Shown: positions 34,168 through 46,161 of the stretch, piece by piece
How the letters are laid out: every line of letters begins with the position of its first letter
Position numbering within the stretch: the stretch's first letter is position 1
Source: Escherichia phage SP27
Length of the DNA: 64,000 bases
Direction: 5' to 3' (one strand)
Sequence record: LC494302.1
Made by a program: the position numbers and the translations under genes
Notes under the pieces: model-generated
Seen by the model: only the letters and a program-made list of their open reading frames with translations
What the model was told of the DNA's origin: nothing
Databases searched by the model: none

Positions 34168-34740
34168 ATGGCTGGTGTTGATAAAATTTGTGAATTCAGT
34201 TCAGATTATGAAGGTTACGAAATGTACAAGTCCAAGCGTAATCACATCCAAGTACTGTCAAAGTACCGTAAAGAATTCAGAGGCCACAAAGCAACATTGT
34301 ATGTTTTTGAGAATGGATATTCTGAAGTTTTCACAAGTGGTGGGTACAGTACAGCTAACATGGCACATATCAACCCAAACCCAACTGAAGATGATTGGAA
34401 TAGTGGTAACGCTTTTCGTATTTCAATTTTGAATAAAATGAATCGTTACGACCGTTATTGTACATTCTTTGAAAATATTTCAGAATACAAGCAAGCATTA
34501 AAGAAATATAATCAACGCTTACTAATGAATTATGATTACATTCTTCATGTGCCAACTGTTCCAGGTCAGGTTAATGGTCTGTATACGAATAGTACACATG
34601 ATTTAACTGCGGTGAAGCGTCGCCTCAAACGTATGTTGGGTTGTCGTAATTTAACAATCAAGGTTGTGCGTAATGAATCAATGTATAACTTTTTAGATGT
34701 ACTACACTACACATTGAAGGATAATAATGGAAACGATTAA
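34168..34740 (+). CDS. hypothetical protein
   Basis: 190 aa ORF downstream of promoter 34107-34135, with AGGA RBS. Confidence 0.5.
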   Translation: MAGVDKICEFSSDYEGYEMYKSKRNHIQVLSKYRKEFRGHKATLYVFENGYSEVFTSGGYSTANMAHINPNPTEDDWNSGNAFRISILNKMNRYDRYCTFFENISEYKQALKKYNQRLLMNYDYILHVPTVPGQVNGLYTNSTHDLTAVKRRLKRMLGCRNLTIKVVRNESMYNFLDVLHYTLKDNNGND

Positions 34741-34924
34741 GTTTATGTTTGAGGTGTTTGTTGCATTCATCTTATGTGCTGTGTCTATTACTATTGCTTT
34801 AATCCCAGTAATCGTTTACCAAGTTAATGGTGGGACAGATCCAACAATTGATATTTTACTTCGTTGTTTCGGGTTTTTTATATGGTTGGCGATGTTTATG
34901 TACTACATGCATCTTGAGGATTGA
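34727..34924 (+). CDS. small membrane protein
   Basis: Two hydrophobic helices (FVAFILCAVSITIALIPVIV, FGFFIWLAMFMYY). Confidence 0.45.
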   Translation: METIKFMFEVFVAFILCAVSITIALIPVIVYQVNGGTDPTIDILLRCFGFFIWLAMFMYYMHLED

Positions 34925-35757
34925 TTATGTCATTAGAAAAAATAATCATTTCTGAATTCCGAAAGTATATCATGGATTGTGATAGAGATGTACAGCGTAA
35001 GTTCAATGAGTACCTTGACAAATATCCGTATTTGATGTTTAATCCGTTTGAAACTGATGATGATTTATATCTTGGTTTTTACATAGGATTTACTCAACGA
35101 ATTCTTCATAAAGATGAAATGAAACAATCTGAGATTTGGGTAGAAACTGACTCATCCGAGTCTAATGTTTTTTATCTTTATACATATTATGCCGAAATTG
35201 TTAGAGATACGACACCTGATGGTTGTCTATTTGTACAATCTTCTGATATTGAAAGAATATATATCGAACCTGTATCTTTAGATATGGTTGCACAGCTTCC
35301 AACTATCCAACAGTTAGGTGCAGACGAATTAACTTATTCTGTATTTGAATATCTAGGTAGAGATGATTTGACTCAAGAAATTGATAAAATGGTTTCTAAA
35401 TATACTTCATCACTTATTTCGAATGGTAAACTTAAATTAGAACTAATTTTTGAAGATACTAGTATTAATCCAGTAAGAGGGGTTACAATTGGAAAAGTTA
35501 CCATACGTGTTGTTTACGATAATGAAGTACTAGGATATATTTCAAAACGTGGACATGATTTATGTATAATTAGTACATTCGTTATTTCTCGTAAAAAATG
35601 GAATGATTTAATGCAAAAAATCGTGGACGGCAGTAAAATTCGTGATATAATATGTAATGACATGGTAATTATGAATCCTGATGTTGACTGTGATGTATAT
35701 TTTCCAGTTCCTGGATTTACACGAGAAAACTTTAGTAAATTGAAGGATACGAAATGA
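34921..35757 (+). CDS. hypothetical protein
   Basis: 278 aa ORF. Confidence 0.5.
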   Translation: MIMSLEKIIISEFRKYIMDCDRDVQRKFNEYLDKYPYLMFNPFETDDDLYLGFYIGFTQRILHKDEMKQSEIWVETDSSESNVFYLYTYYAEIVRDTTPDGCLFVQSSDIERIYIEPVSLDMVAQLPTIQQLGADELTYSVFEYLGRDDLTQEIDKMVSKYTSSLISNGKLKLELIFEDTSINPVRGVTIGKVTIRVVYDNEVLGYISKRGHDLCIISTFVISRKKWNDLMQKIVDGSKIRDIICNDMVIMNPDVDCDVYFPVPGFTRENFSKLKDTK

Positions 35758-36044
35758 AAATTTTAGAAGTCTTGCTAGAAAAAGATGCATCTGGTACTCT
35801 TTATGTTGGTAATGAGTTCAGTCCAGATCCAATTGATATGTTACAGAGAATCCAAACACTGACTCAAAACATCTCGGTTAAAAAACCGTTTCAGAAAGAA
35901 TTGGAAATCTTTTGTGATAAAGATATTGAACAGCATGATAATGTGATTTCAGATATTAAAAGTCTATTGACAAAAAATGGTTATGTAGAGTATAATCCTC
36001 CTATCGTAATCGTTATTCCAGACTTCATGAAAGGAACAATCTAA
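35754..36044 (+). CDS. hypothetical protein
   Basis: 96 aa ORF. Confidence 0.45.
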   Translation: MKILEVLLEKDASGTLYVGNEFSPDPIDMLQRIQTLTQNISVKKPFQKELEIFCDKDIEQHDNVISDIKSLLTKNGYVEYNPPIVIVIPDFMKGTI

Positions 36045-36313
36045 TGACTAAAGACGAAATGAAATCTCACTTAAGCGAACTGAAGAAAGAACGTAAACTA
36101 GTACGTTTAGACTGGGATATCCTTAACAGGAAAGATGAGCAATCATATGCTAACTGGAGTTCTGATAAAGTACGAAATGACCGTTCTAAAGAAGATGCAA
36201 AGCAATTCATGGCATTATCGAAGCGACTATCATCTTTGAACAGTGAAATTACTGGCCTTCAGAAAGAGATCATTTCCATTCTTAAAGCGGAGATTGAATC
36301 ACTCTATGAATAA
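36044..36313 (+). CDS. hypothetical protein (coiled-coil-like)
   Basis: 89 aa, Lys/Glu-rich. Confidence 0.45.
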   Translation: MTKDEMKSHLSELKKERKLVRLDWDILNRKDEQSYANWSSDKVRNDRSKEDAKQFMALSKRLSSLNSEITGLQKEIISILKAEIESLYE

Positions 36314-36602
36314 ACATGAAGTAATTCATTTTGATGATAAGATCTATATTCCAAATATTGATAGTACTGAAACATATTACCTAATCAATAAGATTATGGC
36401 TGAAACAAATACGTGTTGTCGTCAACAGCCAGGAAAATATGAGTTCAGTCAGACTATTGGTTATTACCGATATGATATGTTAGAATCATTTACAATTGAT
36501 AAGTCTAAAGTTATTGACATTCTTGTACAGAATGGATATAATGAAGAACGTGTAAATAATACAGATTTACCAGTTTCAAAAATTGTTCTTTCTAATAATT
36601 AA
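36306..36602 (+). CDS. hypothetical protein
   Basis: Start placed at ATG 36306 (MNKHEVIHF...) overlapping the upstream stop. Confidence 0.45.
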   Translation: MNKHEVIHFDDKIYIPNIDSTETYYLINKIMAETNTCCRQQPGKYEFSQTIGYYRYDMLESFTIDKSKVIDILVQNGYNEERVNNTDLPVSKIVLSNN

Positions 36603-36605
36603 ACA

Positions 36606-36634
36606 TTGGACAAGAACAGATATTGTGATATAAT
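36606..36634 (+). promoter_or_regulatory. sigma70-like promoter with extended -10
   Basis: ttggacaagaacagatattgtgatataat. Confidence 0.45.
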
Positions 36635-36717
36635 GTTTGTTATCGGCAGATATTAAAATGCAAACCATTCCTCAATGATGAGGGTTTTTCATAAAAAAGA
36701 AATAAAAGGGTATTAAA

Positions 36718-36927
36718 ATGGCTAAAGAAACTAACGCACAAGTACTAGATATCACCGACTTCGACCGCACTGTGAACTACATTCAATTCCAGATTCATCA
36801 AGCAGAAGAAGCTCTAGCAGTATTCCACGGTACTGGTGCAAGGCCAATCCGTTTTGCTCACTTGATTGCATGGAAGAAAAGTCTTCAAGAAGAACTATCT
36901 GAACTGCGTAAAGCAAATCGTAAGTAA
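36718..36927 (+). CDS. hypothetical protein
   Basis: 69 aa ORF between promoter 36606-36634 and terminator 36939-36966. Confidence 0.45.
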   Translation: MAKETNAQVLDITDFDRTVNYIQFQIHQAEEALAVFHGTGARPIRFAHLIAWKKSLQEELSELRKANRK

Positions 36928-36938
36928 TTTATCTTACC

Positions 36939-36966
36939 GCCTCATCATTTTTGATGGGGCATTTTA
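36939..36966 (+). terminator. terminator-like hairpin
   Basis: gcctcatc...gatggggc stem (one G-T) plus atttta. Confidence 0.4.
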
Positions 36967-36992
36967 ATCATATAAAGTAAGAGGATTTATAA

Positions 36993-37499
36993 ATGAGTGT
37001 TGAATATTGGTTTTTGTTTGTGTGTATTGGTACACTTGCATTAATCACCATTGGATTGATTTTCAATACCATGATTAGTGGAAGTAAGTACTTTAAGACA
37101 TTCCAACTTTTAATGTCTGCTATGCCATATAGTGCTGATGCCGAAAAAACAATTTCTCTAATTTTAGATAAGTTCGATGCAAATCTTTTGGTGGCTAAAA
37201 TTTCAGCATGTGATACAAATATTTCATTCTACTCGGTAGACACGGATCTAGATGGAATTGATACACAATACTCAAATCCAGTAGTTGCTGAAATTTTCAT
37301 TGGTTCAAAATATTATGCCTATGGATATGTAAGAAAATATTATTCAGAAGCAAAAGCTGAGTTGACGAAGAAGCGACCATCAATAAAAACTTTAAAACGC
37401 ATCATTGCGTTGGAAAAATCACTTCGTGGTCAAACAAGCGTTAATGAGCCACCATCAGTGATTAAATCCAAAAAAAGTAATGTTGTGGAGTTGGAGTAA
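36993..37499 (+). CDS. membrane-anchored protein
   Basis: N-terminal WFLFVCIGTLALITIGLIF TM helix. Confidence 0.5.
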   Translation: MSVEYWFLFVCIGTLALITIGLIFNTMISGSKYFKTFQLLMSAMPYSADAEKTISLILDKFDANLLVAKISACDTNISFYSVDTDLDGIDTQYSNPVVAEIFIGSKYYAYGYVRKYYSEAKAELTKKRPSIKTLKRIIALEKSLRGQTSVNEPPSVIKSKKSNVVELE

Positions 37500-37789
37500 T
37501 GGAACCAGAAAAATCAAGAAAAATTCTTATTGATGTCCAAACTAAATTACTAGATATTATGGAAATCATCAATGAGTTACCACAGGGTTATCAGTACAAA
37601 GTTCGTGAAATGTTATCTTGTGCCGAAACCGTTGTTTCTATGTACGATGATATTCAACATGGTATTATCCCTGATATTCTCAAAGATGACGTAAATATTA
37701 ACACTGAGGTAAAAGAAACTAAATTAGAATCAGAAACAGTATCTAATAAAAAAGTTCTAGACCTTAGTGGTATAAAAATTAATATCTAA
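37499..37789 (+). CDS. hypothetical protein
   Basis: 96 aa ORF. Confidence 0.45.
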   Translation: MEPEKSRKILIDVQTKLLDIMEIINELPQGYQYKVREMLSCAETVVSMYDDIQHGIIPDILKDDVNINTEVKETKLESETVSNKKVLDLSGIKINI

Positions 37790-37811
37790 AAAACATCCAA
37801 TAGGAGAAGTA

Positions 37812-37961
37812 ATGAGTAATCAAAAAATCGACTTAGTAGTAAAACTTCAAGAGATTCAAGCACTAGCTAAAGACCTTGATAACACACGTGCATCAGTAGT
37901 TGATTCACTATGTGCAACAATCCTGACTGTTTTTACAGATTACGAAAAGAAATCTGATTAA
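37812..37961 (+). CDS. small hypothetical protein (49 aa)
   Basis: TAGGAG RBS then ATG; followed by terminator 37976-38004. Confidence 0.35.
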   Translation: MSNQKIDLVVKLQEIQALAKDLDNTRASVVDSLCATILTVFTDYEKKSD

Positions 37962-37975
37962 ACGTTACTTTGTAA

Positions 37976-38004
37976 ATACCCAGTACTTGACTGGGTATTT
38001 TTTT
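37976..38004 (+). terminator. rho-independent terminator
   Basis: atacccagt acttg actgggtat plus tttttt. Confidence 0.6.
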
Positions 38005-38015
38005 AAGGAAATAAA

Positions 38016-38408
38016 ATGACTGAATCAGAACTACACGAAATGATAGATTTCATTTATGAAATGGTACAAGATAAAAATAACATCAATACAATTGCATCAG
38101 GCCCAAGACAAATTGGTAACCAAATAACATATTCTTTGTCCTTATGGTTACACCCGTGCATTAAGGTTGATTGTTTGTATTTCCGTCCTGATATTGATGC
38201 TTATTATTTTGTCAATCATGATGCATTAATGAAACCACATAATCGTCCAGTTGATGATACCTTTGTGACACACCCATTTTACCTGGCTGATTCCGAAGAA
38301 GATGAGTTTCAAAAGAACACAACGTTAAGCCCAGGTGAAATTTGCATCCCTTACGTACTTAAAGATAAAATGAATCACATCACAGAAGTTATGAAAACAT
38401 GCTGGTAG
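38016..38408 (+). CDS. FQxS-module family paralog (divergent)
   Basis: SEEDEFQKNTTL variant of the family motif. Confidence 0.45.
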   Translation: MTESELHEMIDFIYEMVQDKNNINTIASGPRQIGNQITYSLSLWLHPCIKVDCLYFRPDIDAYYFVNHDALMKPHNRPVDDTFVTHPFYLADSEEDEFQKNTTLSPGEICIPYVLKDKMNHITEVMKTCW

Positions 38409-38438
38409 ATGCAATGAAACTCTGATATAATACAAATA

Positions 38439-38675
38439 ATGATAATAAGAGGATATATGAAATTTATTGATTTTGATATTTCTAAGGCCAAAGAATTATT
38501 TGTAAGAAATGAAGTTTATGATATCATGTTACATAACGGCACTGTACAAGAAGATGTTGTGTTGTTTTCGTTTGATGGTGAAAATCTCGAAACTATATAT
38601 AAATTCAGCAACTTAGATGGTGACTTTTGGGAAACCAGTGCTGTTAAAATGTATAGAATTAAAAAGGAGCATTAA
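38439..38675 (+). CDS. hypothetical protein
   Basis: 78 aa ORF. Confidence 0.45.
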   Translation: MIIRGYMKFIDFDISKAKELFVRNEVYDIMLHNGTVQEDVVLFSFDGENLETIYKFSNLDGDFWETSAVKMYRIKKEH

Positions 38676-38676
38676 C

Positions 38677-39165
38677 ATGCCAATTCGTGGTGTACCAGAA
38701 CCATTAATGGAAGTTATTAAGCATGTTCGCATTGGAGATCGAGAAGTTAATCTTCGCCGTAATAACATTTATTACTTTAAAACTTCAGAAATGAGTTCTG
38801 TACAGATTGTCATTGGTACATCTATTAAGATTACTCGTGTACTTGATGGTAGTACTGATTTCGTTGAATATAATGTACTTACTAACAAAGTAATACACAC
38901 ATATAAATGGAGTGGGTATAAAACTATTAAGTATGAGTTTGATGTTGCTAGAACTGAAGAAGAACGATTTATGTTAAGTACTATCAATCCAGCAAACTAC
39001 CCTGACCTTGATACATTTTTGCTAATTTTAAAACTGTATAATGAAGCAAATGGGAAAGCGAAGGAGTATGATAGAATTATGTATGAACGCAAAAAAGAAC
39101 GTGCTCAGAAAAGTTATGATCTTTATGATAACCCATATGTAAAATATAATAAGGGGAGAAAATGA
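38677..39165 (+). CDS. FQxS-module family paralog
   Basis: AAGGAG RBS then ATG 38677; C-terminal TEEERFMLSTINPANYPDLD. Confidence 0.5.
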   Translation: MPIRGVPEPLMEVIKHVRIGDREVNLRRNNIYYFKTSEMSSVQIVIGTSIKITRVLDGSTDFVEYNVLTNKVIHTYKWSGYKTIKYEFDVARTEEERFMLSTINPANYPDLDTFLLILKLYNEANGKAKEYDRIMYERKKERAQKSYDLYDNPYVKYNKGRK

Positions 39166-39566
39166 ATAACGAAGTTCAAATTATCATAACTCCACCTATA
39201 CAAAGTCTTGATGTATCTATTAGTGATTTTTTAGAAAAATATTATGAATGGTTTAATAATGATAATACCATTTATAATCATTCATTACCAGATGGTTTCG
39301 TGGAGCTTATCGAATTAAATTCAAAATCACTATACTTCTGTGTTGAATACAATGATTATATGACAGATGAAGATTATCGCTTTCGTTGTACATTGTATCC
39401 GAATTATTTTTCAATAGGTTATAAAGATTACCAGTACTGTACCACTAACTATAGTGTTGAGGAAGAATTTCAGTACAATTTACTTTATCCTGATTTAGAT
39501 TATACGATTGCAGTACTGTTGACTAAAATCATGGATTTTTATAAAGATAAATATAATGCAGCCTAA
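39162..39566 (+). CDS. FQxS-module family paralog (divergent)
   Basis: C-terminal SVEEEFQYNLLYPDLDYT. Confidence 0.45.
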   Translation: MNNEVQIIITPPIQSLDVSISDFLEKYYEWFNNDNTIYNHSLPDGFVELIELNSKSLYFCVEYNDYMTDEDYRFRCTLYPNYFSIGYKDYQYCTTNYSVEEEFQYNLLYPDLDYTIAVLLTKIMDFYKDKYNAA

Positions 39567-39741
39567 GACATTTGATGAGTGGTTTAATCTACACTATAAT
39601 ATAAATGCAGCAGATATATACTATTTTAAGCTTGAATTGTATATATCATTGCGTAACCCAATTGAGTACTATAACAACATTATCAATTGTGATGATTTTG
39701 GTACATATTTTAGTATAGCCGTTATGGATATTAAGAGATGA
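39556..39741 (+). CDS. hypothetical protein
   Basis: 61 aa ORF. Confidence 0.4.
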   Translation: MQPKTFDEWFNLHYNINAADIYYFKLELYISLRNPIEYYNNIINCDDFGTYFSIAVMDIKR

Positions 39742-39917
39742 CACATGAAGAATGGATGGCAATGATGAAAAAACGTTATGACCAGTTTGGAAATGGATTT
39801 ATTGATGGTCATTTCGATATTTTACGAGACAAATATAAGTTCGAATCATATGTACTAGATGAGAATGGAAATCGTTGGTTCATCTATGAGCTTGCGGTTA
39901 GAGACAAAAAAATATAA
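39738..39917 (+). CDS. MTHEEW mini-protein paralog 1 (59 aa)
   Basis: MTHEEWMAMMKKRYDQFGNGFIDGHFDILRDKYKFESYVLDENGNRWFIYELAVRDKKI; one of five related copies. Confidence 0.5.
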   Translation: MTHEEWMAMMKKRYDQFGNGFIDGHFDILRDKYKFESYVLDENGNRWFIYELAVRDKKI

Positions 39918-39946
39918 TAACCTTTTCCATTGTCCATTGCAATGCT

Positions 39947-39995
39947 TTCTTTACAGAAGAATAAATGAAACACTTAATTGAACTGGATACATAAA
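39947..39995 (+). repeat. duplicated upstream segment preceding MTHEEW paralog 2 (copy of 40461-40514)
   Basis: ctttacagaagaa...acacttaattgaactggatacataaa versus ctttacaaaagaa...gcacttaattgtactggatacataaa. Confidence 0.55.
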
Positions 39996-40172
39996 ATGAC
40001 ACATGAAGAATGGATAGAGTCACTAAAATATAAACATGATCATTTTGGATTTGGTATACGCCAAGGCCATTATGATGTTTTGAACGATAAAAAAACGTTC
40101 GAATCATTGGTTTTGGACGAAGATTCCAACCACTGGTTCATCTACGAGCTTGCTATTAGAGATAAAAAATAG
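39996..40172 (+). CDS. MTHEEW mini-protein paralog 2
   Basis: MTHEEWIESLKYKHDHFGFGIRQGHYDVLNDKKTFESLVLDEDSNHWFIYELAIRDKK; conserved upstream repeat. Confidence 0.5.
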   Translation: MTHEEWIESLKYKHDHFGFGIRQGHYDVLNDKKTFESLVLDEDSNHWFIYELAIRDKK

Positions 40173-40177
40173 TAAGA

Positions 40178-40513
<336 letters not shown>

Positions 40514-40514
40514 A

Positions 40515-40697
40515 ATGACACACGAAGAATGGATGTCCAAACAGCATAAAGAACATGACTGCTTTGGGAATGGCATTCGTCAGGTACATTATGATATATT
40601 AAGAGATGAAAATCTTTTCAGGTCATATGTTTTGGATACCAGAAAACCCTGGTTTATATGCGAACTGGCATTTAGAAAGTCAAATAATCAAAACTAA
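40515..40697 (+). CDS. MTHEEW mini-protein paralog 3
   Basis: MTHEEWMSKQHKEHDCFGNGIRQVHYDILRDENLFRSYVLDTRKPWFICELAFRK. Confidence 0.5.
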   Translation: MTHEEWMSKQHKEHDCFGNGIRQVHYDILRDENLFRSYVLDTRKPWFICELAFRKSNNQN

Positions 40698-40713
40698 ACA
40701 AGGAATACAAAAA

Positions 40714-40932
40714 ATGGAAACAACTTTATTTGAAGTTATTCAATCATTAAAACCTGAAGATGAGGTTCAAGTACTACTACATGGTTATCGTGTAAAAGGT
40801 ACTGTGGTTTTAGTCAATGATACAACATTGGTTATTACAGAAACAAACCCATATGATAGTAATCAACTTGCCAATATCCATATCGATATCACTGGAATTA
40901 TTGGTGTCGGTGTATCTAAAACACTTGCATAA
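40714..40932 (+). CDS. hypothetical protein
   Basis: Start placed at METTLFEV (40714) to avoid overlap with paralog 3. Confidence 0.4.
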   Translation: METTLFEVIQSLKPEDEVQVLLHGYRVKGTVVLVNDTTLVITETNPYDSNQLANIHIDITGIIGVGVSKTLA

Positions 40933-40985
40933 ATCATTAATTCATTATATAATGATTATCACTGGTTCTAGATGAGGATAATATT

Positions 40986-41258
40986 ATGCATTTTGAAAAA
41001 TTCAACGTAAATCGTAACACACGCATTGAAGTTCTTTATGAAACTCAAGACACCATTAGTATTCGTACAAGTAGTGGGGATGTATATCATGACTGTACGA
41101 TTGGCTGGGAACAGGGAAGAACGCGTAGTGCAGTATTTGATAATTATCGCTTTTATCAAGGAGACACTACGATTTGGCCTGAATACGTAGAAGATATTGC
41201 GTTTGAAGATGAACATAAAGATGAATTTATCAAATTTAATCCTCAAACTGAATCATAA
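40986..41258 (+). CDS. hypothetical protein
   Basis: 90 aa ORF. Confidence 0.45.
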   Translation: MHFEKFNVNRNTRIEVLYETQDTISIRTSSGDVYHDCTIGWEQGRTRSAVFDNYRFYQGDTTIWPEYVEDIAFEDEHKDEFIKFNPQTES

Positions 41259-41275
41259 ATAATGGGACATCACAT

Positions 41276-41388
<113 letters not shown>

Positions 41389-41395
41389 CCAAAAT

Positions 41396-41497
<102 letters not shown>

Positions 41498-41502
41498 AAA
41501 CC

Positions 41503-41663
41503 ATGACGCATGAAGAATGGATGAATGACATTAATTTTAGATATGCAGGTTTCGGTAACTGGAGAAAGTATCATTGGGAAATCATGTCAGACCCAGCAGA
41601 ATACGATAAACTTATAAACCATGAAGCGTATCCGTGGTTCTTTATTGAAATAATGGTACGAAC

Positions 41664-41667
<4 letters not shown>
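41503..41667 (+). CDS. MTHEEW mini-protein paralog 4 (54 aa)
   Basis: MTHEEWMNDINFRYAGFGNWRKYHWEIMSDPAEYDKL...; below the ORF-track cutoff. Confidence 0.45.
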
Positions 41668-41829
<162 letters not shown>

Positions 41830-41837
41830 AAAAAAAG

Positions 41838-42251
<414 letters not shown>

Positions 42252-42308
42252 CTAAATAATTCAGTACTGAGGATATTAATATGTTTAAAGATGAACGTCC
42301 AGATTTGT

Positions 42309-42346
<38 letters not shown>

Positions 42347-42421
42347 GAATTCCACAATCAGACGTATATGGTGTAAGTTACGTCGATGCAATCCAGAACA
42401 AGATCTCTGGTACTCTAGGAA

Positions 42422-42631
42422 GTGGTGAATGTTAACCTAGACGGGTTTGATAATTGGACGATAGGCAATTATTACTTGACTAGCAGGTTGAAACTAGAGG
42501 TGACAGTCCTTCACCAAACTGGAAAACCGGATGGACTTTTATTTAAAAGGGTAAGGCGTGGAAATATGTTTACAGAAGTTGCTTTTAGTAGCCTGTACGC
42601 CCCACGTCAAGGTAGCCGAAAGGCAAGTTAA
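42422..42631 (+). CDS. hypothetical 69-aa ORF (alternatively part of a non-coding RNA)
   Basis: ORF lies in an unusually GC-rich segment between promoter 42318-42346 and terminator 42636-42692; coding status uncertain. Confidence 0.3.
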   Translation: MVNVNLDGFDNWTIGNYYLTSRLKLEVTVLHQTGKPDGLLFKRVRRGNMFTEVAFSSLYAPRQGSRKAS

Positions 42632-42635
42632 AACG

Positions 42636-42692
42636 GATGGTTATAAAGCTGAATTAACAGCGGCGTTTAAAAGCGTCACCATCCATTTTTTT
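42636..42692 (+). terminator. terminator-like long hairpin
   Basis: ggatggt...accatcc (7 bp closing a 35-nt interior) followed by attttttt. Confidence 0.4.
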
Positions 42693-42708
42693 AATTAAAG
42701 TTGGTGAT

Positions 42709-43473
<765 letters not shown>

Positions 43474-43488
43474 TTCACATGATATAGG

Positions 43489-44161
<673 letters not shown>

Positions 44162-44180
44162 AGAGGTACTTCGAGTATGC

Positions 44181-44304
<124 letters not shown>

Positions 44305-44307
44305 ATA

Positions 44308-44394
<87 letters not shown>

Positions 44395-44449
44395 GACTGC
44401 CAAACAGCTTGAAGTACTTTGTAGTGCTGCACCTATGCCGACACTTGGC

Positions 44450-44550
<101 letters not shown>

Positions 44551-44562
44551 TATCTTACTTCT

Positions 44563-44652
<90 letters not shown>

Positions 44653-44658
44653 TACACT

Positions 44659-45084
44659 ATGAAATACAACATTGTTAAAATGGTGAACTATGTATTAAAA
44701 AACAACGCATGGTCACTGCATGATGTACAATTAGAAGATATTGGTGAAGTTAGAGTATTTTGCTATGATCCAGATTTGAATCAAACCACAGATTTGAGTA
44801 AATGTTTTAATATTTTTCTTGGTTATGAATTCAATAATCATTTTTATTCATTTGATGTGTATTTTGAAAAAGTTATATTCAGAAGTTATGAATGTGATAA
44901 TGAAGATTATGATTATGATGATGAATCAATTGAATTGAATGTTAACGATATTGATACTGAAGAAAAATTCTTCCAGTACTGCCTCCTTAACGACATATTA
45001 GGATTAACATTTGAGGACATTAAAGCTATACTTAAAGTTCAAAAGTTGATTCCAGAAGAGGTACTAAATCCATTAAATGACTAG
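44659..45084 (+). CDS. FQxS-module family paralog
   Basis: C-terminal DTEEKFFQYCLLNDILGLTFEDIKAIL. Confidence 0.55.
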   Translation: MKYNIVKMVNYVLKNNAWSLHDVQLEDIGEVRVFCYDPDLNQTTDLSKCFNIFLGYEFNNHFYSFDVYFEKVIFRSYECDNEDYDYDDESIELNVNDIDTEEKFFQYCLLNDILGLTFEDIKAILKVQKLIPEEVLNPLND

Positions 45085-45442
45085 TCTAATAGTACGTATA
45101 ATGCAAGATGTTTGTAATAACCTTTATACAGGCAATTTTGACGATCCGAACATAAAAATATTATGTTATGATGGTTTTACAATGGTACATCCATCCTATT
45201 CAAATAATATCTACGTAGCATATACAGGTGAAAATCTATTATATCAATTTGATATATATAGTACAATGACAAAGATAATTTTGGATGCCTCTAAACCAGC
45301 AATCTTTATTGCTTCTCATGATTACCATTACACTGAAGAATCACTATTTCAGTACTCAATGATTAATGACATTGGTGGGTTGACATTGGATGAGGTTAAT
45401 GCTATACTAGCTGTCTCACGTTTGGTTAAAACCCACAATTAG
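45077..45442 (+). CDS. FQxS-module family paralog
   Basis: C-terminal YTEESLFQYSMINDIGGLTLDEVNAIL. Confidence 0.55.
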   Translation: MTSLIVRIMQDVCNNLYTGNFDDPNIKILCYDGFTMVHPSYSNNIYVAYTGENLLYQFDIYSTMTKIILDASKPAIFIASHDYHYTEESLFQYSMINDIGGLTLDEVNAILAVSRLVKTHN

Positions 45443-45451
45443 GAGATTCAT

Positions 45452-45643
45452 ATGTTCTGGAATTTATTATGCTTGTTTGGTCGTACATTGGTTCTTGCTA
45501 TTATTCATACACCTGGTATTCGTAATTATGTTTCTTATGAATTTAAGAAAAATTATCACAACAATACTGAAGTTCGTACAACTAAGATGTGCAAAGACTT
45601 CAAGGTAGATGTTCCACCATTCAAGAAGTACGAGGATGAATAA
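45452..45643 (+). CDS. hypothetical protein
   Basis: 63 aa ORF with hydrophobic N-terminus. Confidence 0.4.
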   Translation: MFWNLLCLFGRTLVLAIIHTPGIRNYVSYEFKKNYHNNTEVRTTKMCKDFKVDVPPFKKYEDE

Positions 45644-45927
45644 TGGAATTCATTGTTGCACCTGATGAACTTAAAACATTCACGTTCAGAGATAATAACA
45701 ATTATCCTTATACAAATCATTCATTGAATTCATTACATGTTATTGCAATCATTGCATCTGAATACAGGGATAATCCATGTATTGATTTTAAAACCACTGA
45801 TGGCGAATATACATGGGTGTTCCCAAAAGATAAATATAGTTATCAAGGGGCAGTAGAAATTCGTGACTCGATTCTAAAACAAATCGAAGATGGAAATACT
45901 CATCCTAAACTAAACACTCAGTACTGA
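45643..45927 (+). CDS. hypothetical protein
   Basis: 94 aa ORF; ATGA coupling. Confidence 0.45.
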   Translation: MEFIVAPDELKTFTFRDNNNYPYTNHSLNSLHVIAIIASEYRDNPCIDFKTTDGEYTWVFPKDKYSYQGAVEIRDSILKQIEDGNTHPKLNTQY

Positions 45928-45940
45928 AATCGTTTAACCC

Positions 45941-45996
45941 GATAGCTTCTAGTCAGTACTGATTCCTCCTTATGTATAGAAGCTATCACTTTTTTA
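45941..45996 (+). terminator. terminator hairpin with CAGTACTG in the loop
   Basis: gatagcttcta...tagaagctatc 11-bp stem then acttttttt. Confidence 0.5.
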
Positions 45997-46116
45997 CGTA
46001 TAATGATATTACCCTCAAATTCATTATATTCGTTACCCTCTAACAGTATCTTTTTATTCCTCTTGGATGCTGTAATTTAGAAGTTGACTTTTTAACTTCT
46101 ACTGTGTTATACTTAA

Positions 46117-46144
46117 GGCTGATTCGATGAATCGGCCTTTTTTC
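46117..46144 (+). terminator. rho-independent terminator
   Basis: ggctgattc gat gaatcggcc plus ttttttt. Confidence 0.55.
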
Positions 46145-46161
46145 TTATATAGGTGAATGCA

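Noticed and set aside
39898-40107. Minus-strand ORF overlapping MTHEEW paralog 2 and the tRNA-Gly upstream region
   Set aside because: Overlaps a conserved plus-strand paralog and its duplicated upstream repeat; no RBS; likely spurious.
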